From an uncultured Paludibacter sp. (GTDB lineage: Bacteria; Bacteroidota; Bacteroidia; Bacteroidales; Paludibacteraceae): DNA of 46,107 bases. The position numbers were made by a program, and so were the translations under genes. Shown here one piece after another: positions 19,186 to 28,677 of this stretch (position 1 is its first letter; every line of letters starts with the position of its first letter). Under the pieces are notes generated by a model, which saw only the letters and a list, made by a program, of their open reading frames with translations, ran no database searches and was not told where the DNA came from. The stretch covers positions 1-46,107 of the forward strand of contig CAZEEN010000001.1 of the NCBI GenBank assembly GCA_964511115.1. The letters are read 5' to 3'.

Positions 19186-22100
19186 TTATTTTACGATTAC
19201 TTTAAAGGTCTTTGTTTTGTTGGATACGAAATAGATACCCTTTTTCAATGTTATTTTTTCAAAATCGGATGATGCATTTATTCGTAAAAGTTGCTGGCCT
19301 AATGCATTTTGAATACTGATATTAGAACCGAATCCTTTTTTTACTATAATTGCATTATGAATACCATAGGCATTAAAATTATTTTTAGTATCAACAGGAA
19401 TCGATGTTTGATTGTCATAAATTGCTTTTACTGCTTTTGTTTCGTAAACCAAATGCCAGTTGGCCGGCAAGGCGATTGCACTTAAAGTTCCGGTTACAGC
19501 TTTCGTAGCTGTTATTAGAGTAATTGTATCATTCAACTGAGGTGAGTAATTTGCCGTGAAATTGAGAGACAACCCTGAAACATCCAATGTCCCGTCAGCT
19601 GAAGCCAAGCTTATTTGGTCAAAATCTTTTCCTGCAATCACTTTCCCTGTTGCATTAGCCATGTAATTTTCGGTTAATGAATAAGTACCACCACTAGTAT
19701 TGGCATAATAATTTAGCTTTCCAATTCCCGAACCTCCTGGTGAAATAACTCCAGCACCTATAAAATTATCGGCAACAATGCCACAATATCCGGCAAGCGT
19801 GCCACCGTTATTATTAAAAGCAACATCATTGGCTATACCTGTGCTGTCGTTTATTACCGCAGCAACTGTATTTTTAGTAACTTTGCTGATTAGCGTTTCT
19901 GAATTGTAAGTAGCAGGAGAAACAGTTTTGATTTTATTCAAAGGACGTACCGTCATTTTCCCCGAACCATTTCCTGTAGTAGGTCGCTGAATGGAAAATA
20001 ATCCCCAAATCTCACCATGTGTAGCTACACCTGTGTTGACAATTGCCTGAACCGTAATCACTTCTCCGTCTGGATTGGCAGTGGTTGGAAACGTAAAGGT
20101 ATTTGGGTAAGGAAGTCCTGTTGTTGGAGTTAATTCTCGGTAATTTGCAATACCTCCAACTGTCCAGCTCACACTGATTTTACCATTGTATTTCAGAATA
20201 ATTCCTTCGCCTTTTCCTAGAAAACTGATGGGTTCTGTAAGAAAATCGGTGGTATAAACCGGCACACCATACCAATTCTTACTGGCTGTCCAGTATTGAG
20301 TTGTACCGATTGGGGTAATTCCATCGAGACGTGCATATTCAAGATTCCCTGTTCCAACTAATGTGTTAAGAGGCATTTCTGATGTTGGTAAAGATTGGTC
20401 TAAACCACTAATTACAGTTGCAGAAAGCGCATTGGCATACACTGCATGTCCAATATCTGATGGATGAGTTCCATCAGGGAAAAATGTTGCCAAGGTATAA
20501 TCACCGTTTATAAGACCTGTGTTAATGTTTGGTCCATTCAATACTTCGGTAATACCATATTTTTGTGCCACTTTGTGGAATGTTTGCACCGAAGGTGGAA
20601 CAATTCCGTTTGCATAATAAGTGGTTTGGTAATTGGCCATACTGGTGTAAAGGAAAACAATGCTGATTTTAGGGTTTTGGCGAATGGCTTGACGTACAAT
20701 TCCTTCCATACCATCAATACGGTTCAAATCGGATGAACTGGCATCATTCACGGCAAACTCCACCACCAATAAATCGGGATTACGTGTCAAAAGTTGTGCT
20801 CCAACTCGATATGCTCCATAACTCGATGGTGTTCCACCTACACCTGCATTGAACGAAGTGGCTGCACCTCCTCTTTTAGTTATTTCGGCAATAATAGCCG
20901 CCGACGATTTGGAATAATAGCAGTTGGAATAACCACTGGCACCAGTTCCTTGCGTAATGGAACCACCCAGATAACAAAGTGTTACCGGAAGTTTATTCCT
21001 TACTTTTTCGGCAAAAAAACCAAGATTAGAAGTTCCAACTAACTGAACATCGCTTACATTGGAAGTTTTTGCCCAGGGCGATGCGAAATTGACTATGCCA
21101 TTAGTATTGTTATTGAACTGCGCCTTACCTGTTCCAGTTAATCCTGAAATTGAGCCTTTTCCAATAGTAATTGTTCCTGTATTGTTAAACGTGCTTTTCC
21201 CATCACCCAATGCAATGGCTCTTGCTTGTGAGCCGGTAGCACCAAAAGTCATTGTACCCGTATTTGTAATGGTAGCAGTTGCTGTATTTGATTTTACGGT
21301 AATTCCTTCGGCGGTATTGTTTCCGTTGATGGCAATTATTCCGCTATTGTTAAGTGTGGTTGTTCCTGTGCCGCCAATGTAAATGTAGGCTTGCGATAAA
21401 AATCCGCCCAGATTTATTGTTCCAGTATTCGTAATTTCGTTGGTCACTGCATTGGGTTCGCAGTAAATGCCATTGGCACTTGCGCCACCCAAATTTAGTG
21501 TTCCATTATTGATTAATTTATTGCCAAAAGCAGTTCCTAAATACAATGGAGCAGATGTAGTAGAGAAACCTGAACTGTATGAATTCAAAGTCAATCCAGC
21601 ACCAACAGTCATTGATGTTACCGAACTCGCTGCATTGATTTTCATCAATCCGCACAAAACATTGGTACCGGCATTGATTGTGCCCGAACCACTCAAAGTG
21701 GCTGTTCCGGCAGTTATTCCAATGGCATAATTGCCTGCTGAGGCAGTTAAAGTTACTGTTCCATTGGTAGCAAAAGTAGGATTTGCATCGGTTTGAGTAA
21801 AGCTTATACAATTTCCCAAGTTACCGGTTGCTTCAGTGTTTACACTTAAATTTCCACTGCCCGAATAGGAAGATGGAGCGACAAATGTTCCTGCGGAGTT
21901 GGCAAAACTTATTCCGTTGCCTGTGCCTGTACCAGCACTAACCGAAAGTGAACCAGCATTTTCAATAGCTCCACCTTGCAACAATACCTGTGTTTGGTTT
22001 GGCGTATCGGAATTTACCGAAAGTGAACCGGAAGCAGTAATCTGTAATATTGGTTGTGTTGCATCGGCATTTGTTGCCAAGGTTAGTTTGTCAATTGTGC

Positions 22101-24264
22101 CCACATTTGTAGAAATAGTGGCCGTATATCCACCAACAATGCAAACCTGGTCTTTGGAACTTGGAACAGCGTTTGCCGACCAGTTCAAAGGATTCGACCA
22201 ATTTGTATCCGTTCCCGCACCGCCTGTCCAGTAAATGGCTTCGGTGGCACCTACTGAATAAGAGTTCGTTAAATCGAAATTTGCGGCATCAACAACCGTA
22301 TAAACTATGACATAATATTTTGTGGCTGGATTTAAACCTGTAATGGAAACAGTTGTTCCATAACCTTTGTAAACGCAATAAGCCGCAGCATCATTCTGAA
22401 AAGCAGTTCCAGAACCAACAACAGTATTTGGAGTATAATTTGATGGCGAAAACGTTGGAGTTCCTGCAATAATTGCATTGGCAGCTTTCACAAAAACAAG
22501 CGTGCTATGATTTACTGAATTATAAGCATTTGCAGCATTCCAAGTAATGTCGGCGGTCGAAGTTCCTGTTGAAATCAGCGTTACACCTTTCACCTCGTTG
22601 GGCATAGTAGCCACATTTGCAGTTGGCACTGAAGTTGTATTAAAAAGAATGTCTGCTGCTGAATTTGTATAGGAATAGATTTTGTAATTATACATTGTCC
22701 CCGGCAACATATTGCCAAATGATGGCGCAGTTGTAGCGGTAGCATTTAGTTTTACATTCGCCAAACCTCCATTAAAGGAAAGAACATCAATCGGGTCAAC
22801 TCCATCAATCGGTTCCGTAATTACTTCAACGCTTGATTTCATTAAGTATCCGTCCGCAGATATACTACCAGCCAATGAGGGAGTCCAGTTTAGTTGAATA
22901 CTGGAAGTCGTTATCGTGCCTTTTGAAACATTTGAGACTTGATAACTTGGTTTCTGCTTGGGCGCAGCTTCCCATTTCAGTATCGGATATCCACCATTAA
23001 TACCGTTAATATCATTGGTCCAAACTGAAGGTGTCTGAGTATTGTTTAATGAATTTATTAATGCAACGTCCTGCAATTCAGAAGCCGTTTGAGAAGTTCC
23101 ACCATTGGTATTGGTTATAGCAAGGGTACTTAAATAATAACTGTTGACTACCGAACCTGTTCCGTCGGTTGTAAGTGCTCCGCCTTTTAAAGCTCCTGCA
23201 ATAGCTTCTACAGTTCCTCCTGTTTTGGTAGCAGTTACTGCTCCTATATTATAACAGTTCGTAATTGCCTGAAAATATTTTCCGGCAGAATTGCCTCCCG
23301 GGTAACCCAATATACCGCCGTTTAGAGAACTGCTTGCACTGCTTGACGTCTGTTTAACAACAGCTGTATTGTAACAATTCAATACATTAAAGGATGCGCC
23401 ATAACCCATCCCTACAATACCACCAGCATCTACGCTTGCCGCAGATATAATTCCTTTATTAAAGCATTCTTTTATGGTTAAGATTGCACCACTGGCACTA
23501 CCTGCTATTCCTCCCGCATTACTAATGGCAGTAATTGCACCCGTATTGTAGCAGTAGCGAATATAACTGACGCCACTAGCAGTGACTGCATTACCTGCAA
23601 TTCCACCTACATGTAGTCCGGCACCTGCACAAGTTATGGTTCCCGAATTTGAACAATACTCAATAATACCGGTTGTTGTAGCGGAGCCAAAAGTGCCAAC
23701 AATTCCGGCAACACTACTAACTCCCTTAACATTAATTGCATTTTTACAATTAATAAACTGAGCATAAATTGATCTTCCTGCAAACGCCCCGGCAGTCGAA
23801 CCCGAATTGGTGACAGTTATAGAACCGGAAGCAATGCTTAGGTTTTTGATAATTACATTCGTCCCGGATGTCCCGGTTGGATAGCCAAATAAACCGGCAT
23901 AAACCGTGGTGGCATCATTGATATAAATATTACTGATAATATGGTTGTCACCATCAAATACTCCCGCGAAAGCTGTGGCTGTGGCTACACCAATCGGTGT
24001 CCAGCTCTTGGTTGGCCCGTTCAAATCAATATCAGCTGTAAGTTTGTAATATTTTCCTGCCGTGTTTGCATTGGCTGTTTGAGGCGAAATATTTGCCAAC
24101 GAAGCTAAATAGGCAAGTTCCTCTCCTGTGCCGATTAAATAAGGTGTGGCCTGTGAGCCATTGCCACCAGAAAAACTGGCGGCAACGGTTCCATTCCAGG
24201 GACTTGCATTTGCAATTACCGTCAAACTAACCAACAAAATGATATGGGAAATTCTTTTCATCAC
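19186..24264 (-). CDS. Large T9SS-secreted protein: GLUG-like module + FN3-like + passenger-like beta-helix with embedded SGNH hydrolase + CTD (paralog B)
   Basis: 1692 aa with the same N-terminal module. WTGG..NWSNPLNW and NNTGTIT repeats. SGNH motifs LGGSIT, GVGGT, EFAVND, DGTHP. CTD LKKGIYFV..KVIVK. Confidence 0.85.
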   Translation of the reverse strand: MMKRISHIILLVSLTVIANASPWNGTVAASFSGGNGSQATPYLIGTGEELAYLASLANISPQTANANTAGKYYKLTADIDLNGPTKSWTPIGVATATAFAGVFDGDNHIISNIYINDATTVYAGLFGYPTGTSGTNVIIKNLSIASGSITVTNSGSTAGAFAGRSIYAQFINCKNAINVKGVSSVAGIVGTFGSATTTGIIEYCSNSGTITCAGAGLHVGGIAGNAVTASGVSYIRYCYNTGAITAISNAGGIAGSASGAILTIKECFNKGIISAASVDAGGIVGMGYGASFNVLNCYNTAVVKQTSSSASSSLNGGILGYPGGNSAGKYFQAITNCYNIGAVTATKTGGTVEAIAGALKGGALTTDGTGSVVNSYYLSTLAITNTNGGTSQTASELQDVALINSLNNTQTPSVWTNDINGINGGYPILKWEAAPKQKPSYQVSNVSKGTITTSSIQLNWTPSLAGSISADGYLMKSSVEVITEPIDGVDPIDVLSFNGGLANVKLNATATTAPSFGNMLPGTMYNYKIYSYTNSAADILFNTTSVPTANVATMPNEVKGVTLISTGTSTADITWNAANAYNSVNHSTLVFVKAANAIIAGTPTFSPSNYTPNTVVGSGTAFQNDAAAYCVYKGYGTTVSITGLNPATKYYVIVYTVVDAANFDLTNSYSVGATEAIYWTGGAGTDTNWSNPLNWSANAVPSSKDQVCIVGGYTATISTNVGTIDKLTLATNADATQPILQITASGSLSVNSDTPNQTQVLLQGGAIENAGSLSVSAGTGTGNGISFANSAGTFVAPSSYSGSGNLSVNTEATGNLGNCISFTQTDANPTFATNGTVTLTASAGNYAIGITAGTATLSGSGTINAGTNVLCGLMKINAASSVTSMTVGAGLTLNSYSSGFSTTSAPLYLGTAFGNKLINNGTLNLGGASANGIYCEPNAVTNEITNTGTINLGGFLSQAYIYIGGTGTTTLNNSGIIAINGNNTAEGITVKSNTATATITNTGTMTFGATGSQARAIALGDGKSTFNNTGTITIGKGSISGLTGTGKAQFNNNTNGIVNFASPWAKTSNVSDVQLVGTSNLGFFAEKVRNKLPVTLCYLGGSITQGTGASGYSNCYYSKSSAAIIAEITKRGGAATSFNAGVGGTPSSYGAYRVGAQLLTRNPDLLVVEFAVNDASSSDLNRIDGMEGIVRQAIRQNPKISIVFLYTSMANYQTTYYANGIVPPSVQTFHKVAQKYGITEVLNGPNINTGLINGDYTLATFFPDGTHPSDIGHAVYANALSATVISGLDQSLPTSEMPLNTLVGTGNLEYARLDGITPIGTTQYWTASKNWYGVPVYTTDFLTEPISFLGKGEGIILKYNGKISVSWTVGGIANYRELTPTTGLPYPNTFTFPTTANPDGEVITVQAIVNTGVATHGEIWGLFSIQRPTTGNGSGKMTVRPLNKIKTVSPATYNSETLISKVTKNTVAAVINDSTGIANDVAFNNNGGTLAGYCGIVADNFIGAGVISPGGSGIGKLNYYANTSGGTYSLTENYMANATGKVIAGKDFDQISLASADGTLDVSGLSLNFTANYSPQLNDTITLITATKAVTGTLSAIALPANWHLVYETKAVKAIYDNQTSIPVDTKNNFNAYGIHNAIIVKKGFGSNISIQNALGQQLLRINASSDFEKITLKKGIYFVSNKTKTFKVIVK

Positions 24265-24279
24265 AGAAATGTTTCTATT

Positions 24280-25830
24280 TTATTTTACAATAACTTTACT
24301 AACAGAGCTATGTGTACCATCGGTAATTTTTACCAAATAAAAACCAGATTGTTTTACATCTAAAGTCATTTGTGATTGAGTTGATTTTTGATGATTGATA
24401 AGATTTCCATTGATAGAATAGAGTGATAAATCATAACTACTAACACCCTTTAAATCAACTTGTATTGTTTTCCCAGCGGCATATACGCTCAAGTTTTCAA
24501 ATTCAATGTTTTTTAAACCTGTAAGTGCTGGTACAGGTGAAAGTTCCCAAACCAAAACAGGAAATCCACCGTTTCCAAAATTCACATCCATGCTCCACAC
24601 TGAAGGTGACTGACTGTTGTTGATAATACTAATAAAAGCAGGCAACTGCATTTCTGTTGCAGTTTTTGATGTTCCACCATTGGTATTAGTTGCAGTCAAC
24701 GTACTTAAATAATAACTATTTACAACCGAACCAGTACCGTCAATAGTAGCTGCTCCGCCTTTTAAAGCACCAGCAATGGCCTCTTTTACAACACCCGTAA
24801 CTGCTCCTGTATTGTAACAATTGCTAACTGCCTGAAAGTATTTTCCTAGAGCATTTCCTCCCGGGTAACCCAGAATTCCTCCAGCAAATGGTGTAGCGAA
24901 AGCTGCGTTAGTTTGTTTTACTAACCCCGTGTTGTAACAATTCAATACGTTGAAAGATGCACCATAACCTAACCCCACAATGCCTCCAGCAGCAGTATTT
25001 GCAGCAGTAATTACTCCTTTATTGAAACATTCTTTTATTGTTAAAACTCCATTACTGGCACTTCCTGTTATTCCCCCCCCATTACTAATGGCAGTAACTG
25101 CACCAGTATTGTAGCAGTAGCGTATATAACTGGCACTACCAGTGGTGGCAACAGCTGCATTACCTGCAATTCCACCTACATGTAGTCCGGCACCTGCACA
25201 AGTTATGGTTCCCGAATTTGAACAATACTCAATAATACCGGTTGTTGTAGCGGAGCCAAAAGTGCCAACAATTCCGGCAACACTACTAACTCCCTTAACA
25301 TTAATTGCATTTTTACAATTAATAAACTGAGCATAAATTGATCTTCCTGCAAACGCCCCGGCAGTCGAACCCGAATTGGTGACAGTTATAGAACCGGAAG
25401 CAATGCTTAGGTTTTTGATAATTACATTCGCCGTAGCTGTACCGGTGGGATAGCCAAATAAACCGGCATAAACCGTGGTGGCATCATTGATATAAATATT
25501 GGTTATAATATGGTTGTCACCATCAAATACTCCGGCGAAAGCTGTGGCTGTAGCTATTCCAATGGGTGTCCAGCTATATGTCGGACCATTCAAATCAATA
25601 TCAGCTGTTAACTTGTAGTACTTACCTGCTGTATTTGCATTGGCTGTTTGAGGTGAAGCATTGGCCAACGAAGCCAGATAAGCCAGTTGTTCGGCAGTTG
25701 AAATCTGATATGGATCTTCAGCTGTACCGGCACCACCGGCAAAAGCAGCAGCTGCTGTTCCATCCCAAGGTGCAGCTATAGCCAATACGGCAAGCTGTAC
25801 ACAAAATAAGATTGTAATTAGTTTTTTCAT
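24280..25830 (-). CDS. GLUG-like beta-helix module + T9SS CTD (paralog C)
   Basis: 516 aa. The module is followed directly by the CTD LYSINGNLI..SGFYLVKI..KVIVK. Confidence 0.85.
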   Translation of the reverse strand: MKKLITILFCVQLAVLAIAAPWDGTAAAAFAGGAGTAEDPYQISTAEQLAYLASLANASPQTANANTAGKYYKLTADIDLNGPTYSWTPIGIATATAFAGVFDGDNHIITNIYINDATTVYAGLFGYPTGTATANVIIKNLSIASGSITVTNSGSTAGAFAGRSIYAQFINCKNAINVKGVSSVAGIVGTFGSATTTGIIEYCSNSGTITCAGAGLHVGGIAGNAAVATTGSASYIRYCYNTGAVTAISNGGGITGSASNGVLTIKECFNKGVITAANTAAGGIVGLGYGASFNVLNCYNTGLVKQTNAAFATPFAGGILGYPGGNALGKYFQAVSNCYNTGAVTGVVKEAIAGALKGGAATIDGTGSVVNSYYLSTLTATNTNGGTSKTATEMQLPAFISIINNSQSPSVWSMDVNFGNGGFPVLVWELSPVPALTGLKNIEFENLSVYAAGKTIQVDLKGVSSYDLSLYSINGNLINHQKSTQSQMTLDVKQSGFYLVKITDGTHSSVSKVIVK

Positions 25831-26084
25831 GATGTTTGTTTTTTATAATGTAAAGTTGTTCTTTCAATAATGAAATGTTGATTCCCCGAAATGGAAACAA
25901 GTAATTTACTTATATTTTTTTTATCTTAAGTAATTAGCACAATATAATGTGCCATTTTAAAATATAGTATTAACACAAAGATGCATTGTCACAACGAATA
26001 TATATTTCTGTAAATCAGCTATGTATTCGCTTTTTTTTCGACTTAGCAACTTTGTGTTCAAAATACGACATTATATTAGTACAC

Positions 26085-27422
26085 TTACTTAGAATTGTTT
26101 AAAATTTTAGTATTAGCCGAAATTTGCCATTTTAATATCGGATATCCTCCATTAATACCTTTTATATCATTGGTCCAAACTGAAGGTGTCTGATTATTAT
26201 TTAATGAATTTATAAAAGCAAGATCCTGCAATTCCGCATCCGTTTTCGAAGTTCCACCATTAGTATTTGTTACAGCCAGAGTACTCAAATAATAACTGTT
26301 GACTACCGAACCTGTTCCATCGGTTGTTAGTGCTCCACCTTTTAAAGCTCCGGCAATGGCTTCTACAGTTCCTCCTGTTTTGGTAGCAGTTACTGCTCCT
26401 GTATTATAACAATTTGTAATGGCCTGAAAATATTTTCCGGTAGAATCGCCTCCCGAATATCCCAATATGCCTCCATTTACAGACCGGGGTGAATTGCTTG
26501 ACGTTTGCTTAACAGCAGCTGTATTGTAACAATTCAATACATTAAAGGATGCGCCATAACCCATCCCGACAATACCCCCGGCATCTATGCCCACAGCCGA
26601 TATAATTCCTTTGTTAAAACATTCTCTTATGGTTAAGATTGCACCAGAAGCACTACCGGCTATTCCTCCCGCATTACTAATGGCAGTAATTGCACCCGTA
26701 TTGTAACAGTAACTAATATAACTAACACTTCCAGTTTTGGCAACGACTGCATTACCTACGATACCGCCTACATGTAGTCCGGCACCAATACTTGATATTG
26801 TACCAGAGTTTGAACAATACTCAATAATACCGGTTGTTGTAGCGGAGCCAAAAGTGCCAACAATTCCGGCAACACTACTAACTCCCTTAACATTAATTGC
26901 ATTTTTACAATTAATAAACTGAGCATAAATTGATCTTCCTGCAAACGCCCCGGCAGTCGAACCCGAATTGGTGACAGTTATAGAACCGGAAGCAATGCTT
27001 AGGTTTTTGATAATTACATTCGCCGTAGCTGTACCGGTGGGATAGCCAAATAAACCGGCATAAACCGTGGTGGCATCATTGATATAAATATTGGTTATAA
27101 TATGGTTGTCACCATCAAATACTCCGGCGAAAGCTGTGGCTGTAGCTATTCCAATGGGTGTCCAGCTATATGTCGGACCATTCAAATCAATGTCAGCTGT
27201 TAGCTTGTAGTACTTTCCTGCTGTATTTGCATTGGCTGTTTGAGGTGAAGCATTTGCCAACGAAGCTAAATAAGCCAGTTGTTCGGCAGTTGCAATTTGA
27301 TATGGATCGGCTAGAGTTCCTGCACCACCGGCAAAAGCAGCTGCTGCAGTTCCATCCCAAGGTGCAGCTATAGCCAATACGGCAAGTTGCACACAAAATA
27401 AGATTGTAAGTAGTTTTTTCAT
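26085..27422 (-). CDS. GLUG-like beta-helix module only, no T9SS CTD (paralog D)
   Basis: 445 aa. Signal peptide nearly identical to paralog C. Ends 13 aa after GGYPILKW. Confidence 0.82.
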   Translation of the reverse strand: MKKLLTILFCVQLAVLAIAAPWDGTAAAAFAGGAGTLADPYQIATAEQLAYLASLANASPQTANANTAGKYYKLTADIDLNGPTYSWTPIGIATATAFAGVFDGDNHIITNIYINDATTVYAGLFGYPTGTATANVIIKNLSIASGSITVTNSGSTAGAFAGRSIYAQFINCKNAINVKGVSSVAGIVGTFGSATTTGIIEYCSNSGTISSIGAGLHVGGIVGNAVVAKTGSVSYISYCYNTGAITAISNAGGIAGSASGAILTIRECFNKGIISAVGIDAGGIVGMGYGASFNVLNCYNTAAVKQTSSNSPRSVNGGILGYSGGDSTGKYFQAITNCYNTGAVTATKTGGTVEAIAGALKGGALTTDGTGSVVNSYYLSTLAVTNTNGGTSKTDAELQDLAFINSLNNNQTPSVWTNDIKGINGGYPILKWQISANTKILNNSK

Positions 27423-27507
27423 GATTTCTAATTTTTAATGAATATATATAACGAATTAATTAATCTGACATAATAACTTGTATAACATTAATATGATGGA
27501 TATTAAG

Positions 27508-27535
27508 TCTTGATTCTTGGCTCTTGATTTTTGCA
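27508..27535. repeat. Heptamer tandem repeat (TCTTGAT/TCTTGGC)
   Basis: TCTTGAT-TCTTGGC-TCTTGAT-TTTTGCA. Confidence 0.55.
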
Positions 27536-27638
27536 TTCTATATAATTGTTTTTAGTAACGGATTTATCAATATGCATTTACAATTACAACTTCAACACAT
27601 TTTCTTATTATTGAAGGGAAAACAAATAAATTTGTTTG

Positions 27639-28592
27639 TTATTTCACTACAATTGTAAATTCTTGTTTTACTTGCTGCGAAACACCCAAATATGAATTTG
27701 TAAAAACAAAAACAGCTTTGTAAGTTCCTGCATTTTTGTATATATATTGATAAGGCCGTGGCAACCCATTGATATCCTTAATAGCAACACCCTTATCGGC
27801 TGAGCCTCTACTCAAATTGATAATGGGTGAAACCAACCAAGTTTCGTTAATATCATTAGCACGTCCACCTACCTGTACCATACTACTTGTTACTACCCAT
27901 TTATTTGCAGTTGAACTCCCACTTACCAAGCACGAAAACCACGAAGTATTTCCAACTCCTGTAACTAAACTAGTAACTGGATTGATAAGATTGGAAGTTA
28001 ACCCAAACTCTTTTGTTGAATCGTTTACAGTAAATGATTTCACATACAAGGTTGGTCCTTTTGCAACCGTGTCATTTTTATATTTAAATGCAATATAGAA
28101 TGGTTTTTTGGCATATTCAGTTACATCCAAATCGCCCGAAGCTACACCTGCTGTAGCCGAAGTAGTACTATTATCGGCAAAGAGGGTAGTAATATCTTTC
28201 CAAGTTGCAGCTTTTATAGAAATTATAGCTGTTCCGGTTAATTGGTGATTGGCAGTATAATCGGTCGATAAATAAACCTTGTACTCATACTTTTTGGATG
28301 TAGCTGCAGCATCTTTATATAATCCGCTCACAAAATTTATTTTCGCATTCGTAACGGTTGTTTCTTTAACTCCATAGTAATTTGCCAAAGTTTCGCCCGA
28401 CCAAAAACTCACATAATCAGCACTCCCTACGGGTGTAAAAGTAATTGTATCCCCTTTTGAGCACTTCAAAGTGTCAGCAACTATTGTTTTATCAGCCATA
28501 TAGCTCATTGCAGGCATTTGAACATCTGTATTCTCGCAAGCTACAAAAGCAAGCGATAAAAAGGCAAGTGATATTATCTTATCTATTTTCAT
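27639..28592 (-). CDS. Surface lipoprotein, DUF5017-like, SusE-position glycan-binding candidate
   Basis: Lipobox LAFVAC, VSFWSGE, PFYIAFKY, ETWLVS, YQYIYKNAGTYKAVFVFTN; directly after susD. Confidence 0.75.
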   Translation of the reverse strand: MKIDKIISLAFLSLAFVACENTDVQMPAMSYMADKTIVADTLKCSKGDTITFTPVGSADYVSFWSGETLANYYGVKETTVTNAKINFVSGLYKDAAATSKKYEYKVYLSTDYTANHQLTGTAIISIKAATWKDITTLFADNSTTSATAGVASGDLDVTEYAKKPFYIAFKYKNDTVAKGPTLYVKSFTVNDSTKEFGLTSNLINPVTSLVTGVGNTSWFSCLVSGSSTANKWVVTSSMVQVGGRANDINETWLVSPIINLSRGSADKGVAIKDINGLPRPYQYIYKNAGTYKAVFVFTNSYLGVSQQVKQEFTIVVK

Positions 28593-28640
28593 CTTAATTT
28601 CTTTAAGTATTAACTATAAAATATTAACTATATATTATTT

Positions 28641-28675
28641 ACTATAAACTATAAACTGTCAACTATAAACTGATT
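28641..28675. repeat. Heptamer tandem repeat (ACTATAA) between susD and the lipoprotein gene
   Basis: ACTATAA-ACTATAA-ACTGTCA-ACTATAA-ACTGATT, with further units near 28613 and 28628. Confidence 0.7.
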
Positions 28676-28677
28676 TT

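Noticed and set aside
25142-27396. Repeated short ORFs in the track (25142-25330 and 26737-26922; 25566-25781 and 27158-27373; 25718-25900 and 27193-27396)
   Set aside because: They are antisense or off-frame shadows of the duplicated GLUG-like genes. Their similarity just mirrors the DNA repeat.
16767-27422. Diversity-generating retroelement explanation for the near-identical paralog segments
   Set aside because: No reverse transcriptase gene in the window. All copies are within intact ORFs, and the differences include indels and changes at all bases, with no obvious adenine-specific template/variable pair.
16767-27422. Site-specific shufflon (invertase-driven cassette exchange)
   Set aside because: All copies are in direct orientation with their own start codons and signal peptides. 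No recombinase gene or short inverted crossover sites were seen.
27532-27576. Possible fourth TGCA operator upstream of paralog D
   Set aside because: The two TGCA boxes are 41 bp apart rather than 21, and no matching -7 element lies at the conserved distance.
28611-28675. Possible CRISPR array
   Set aside because: Units are 7 bp with no unique spacers. No 25-45-bp regularly spaced repeats or cas genes were seen anywhere in the window.
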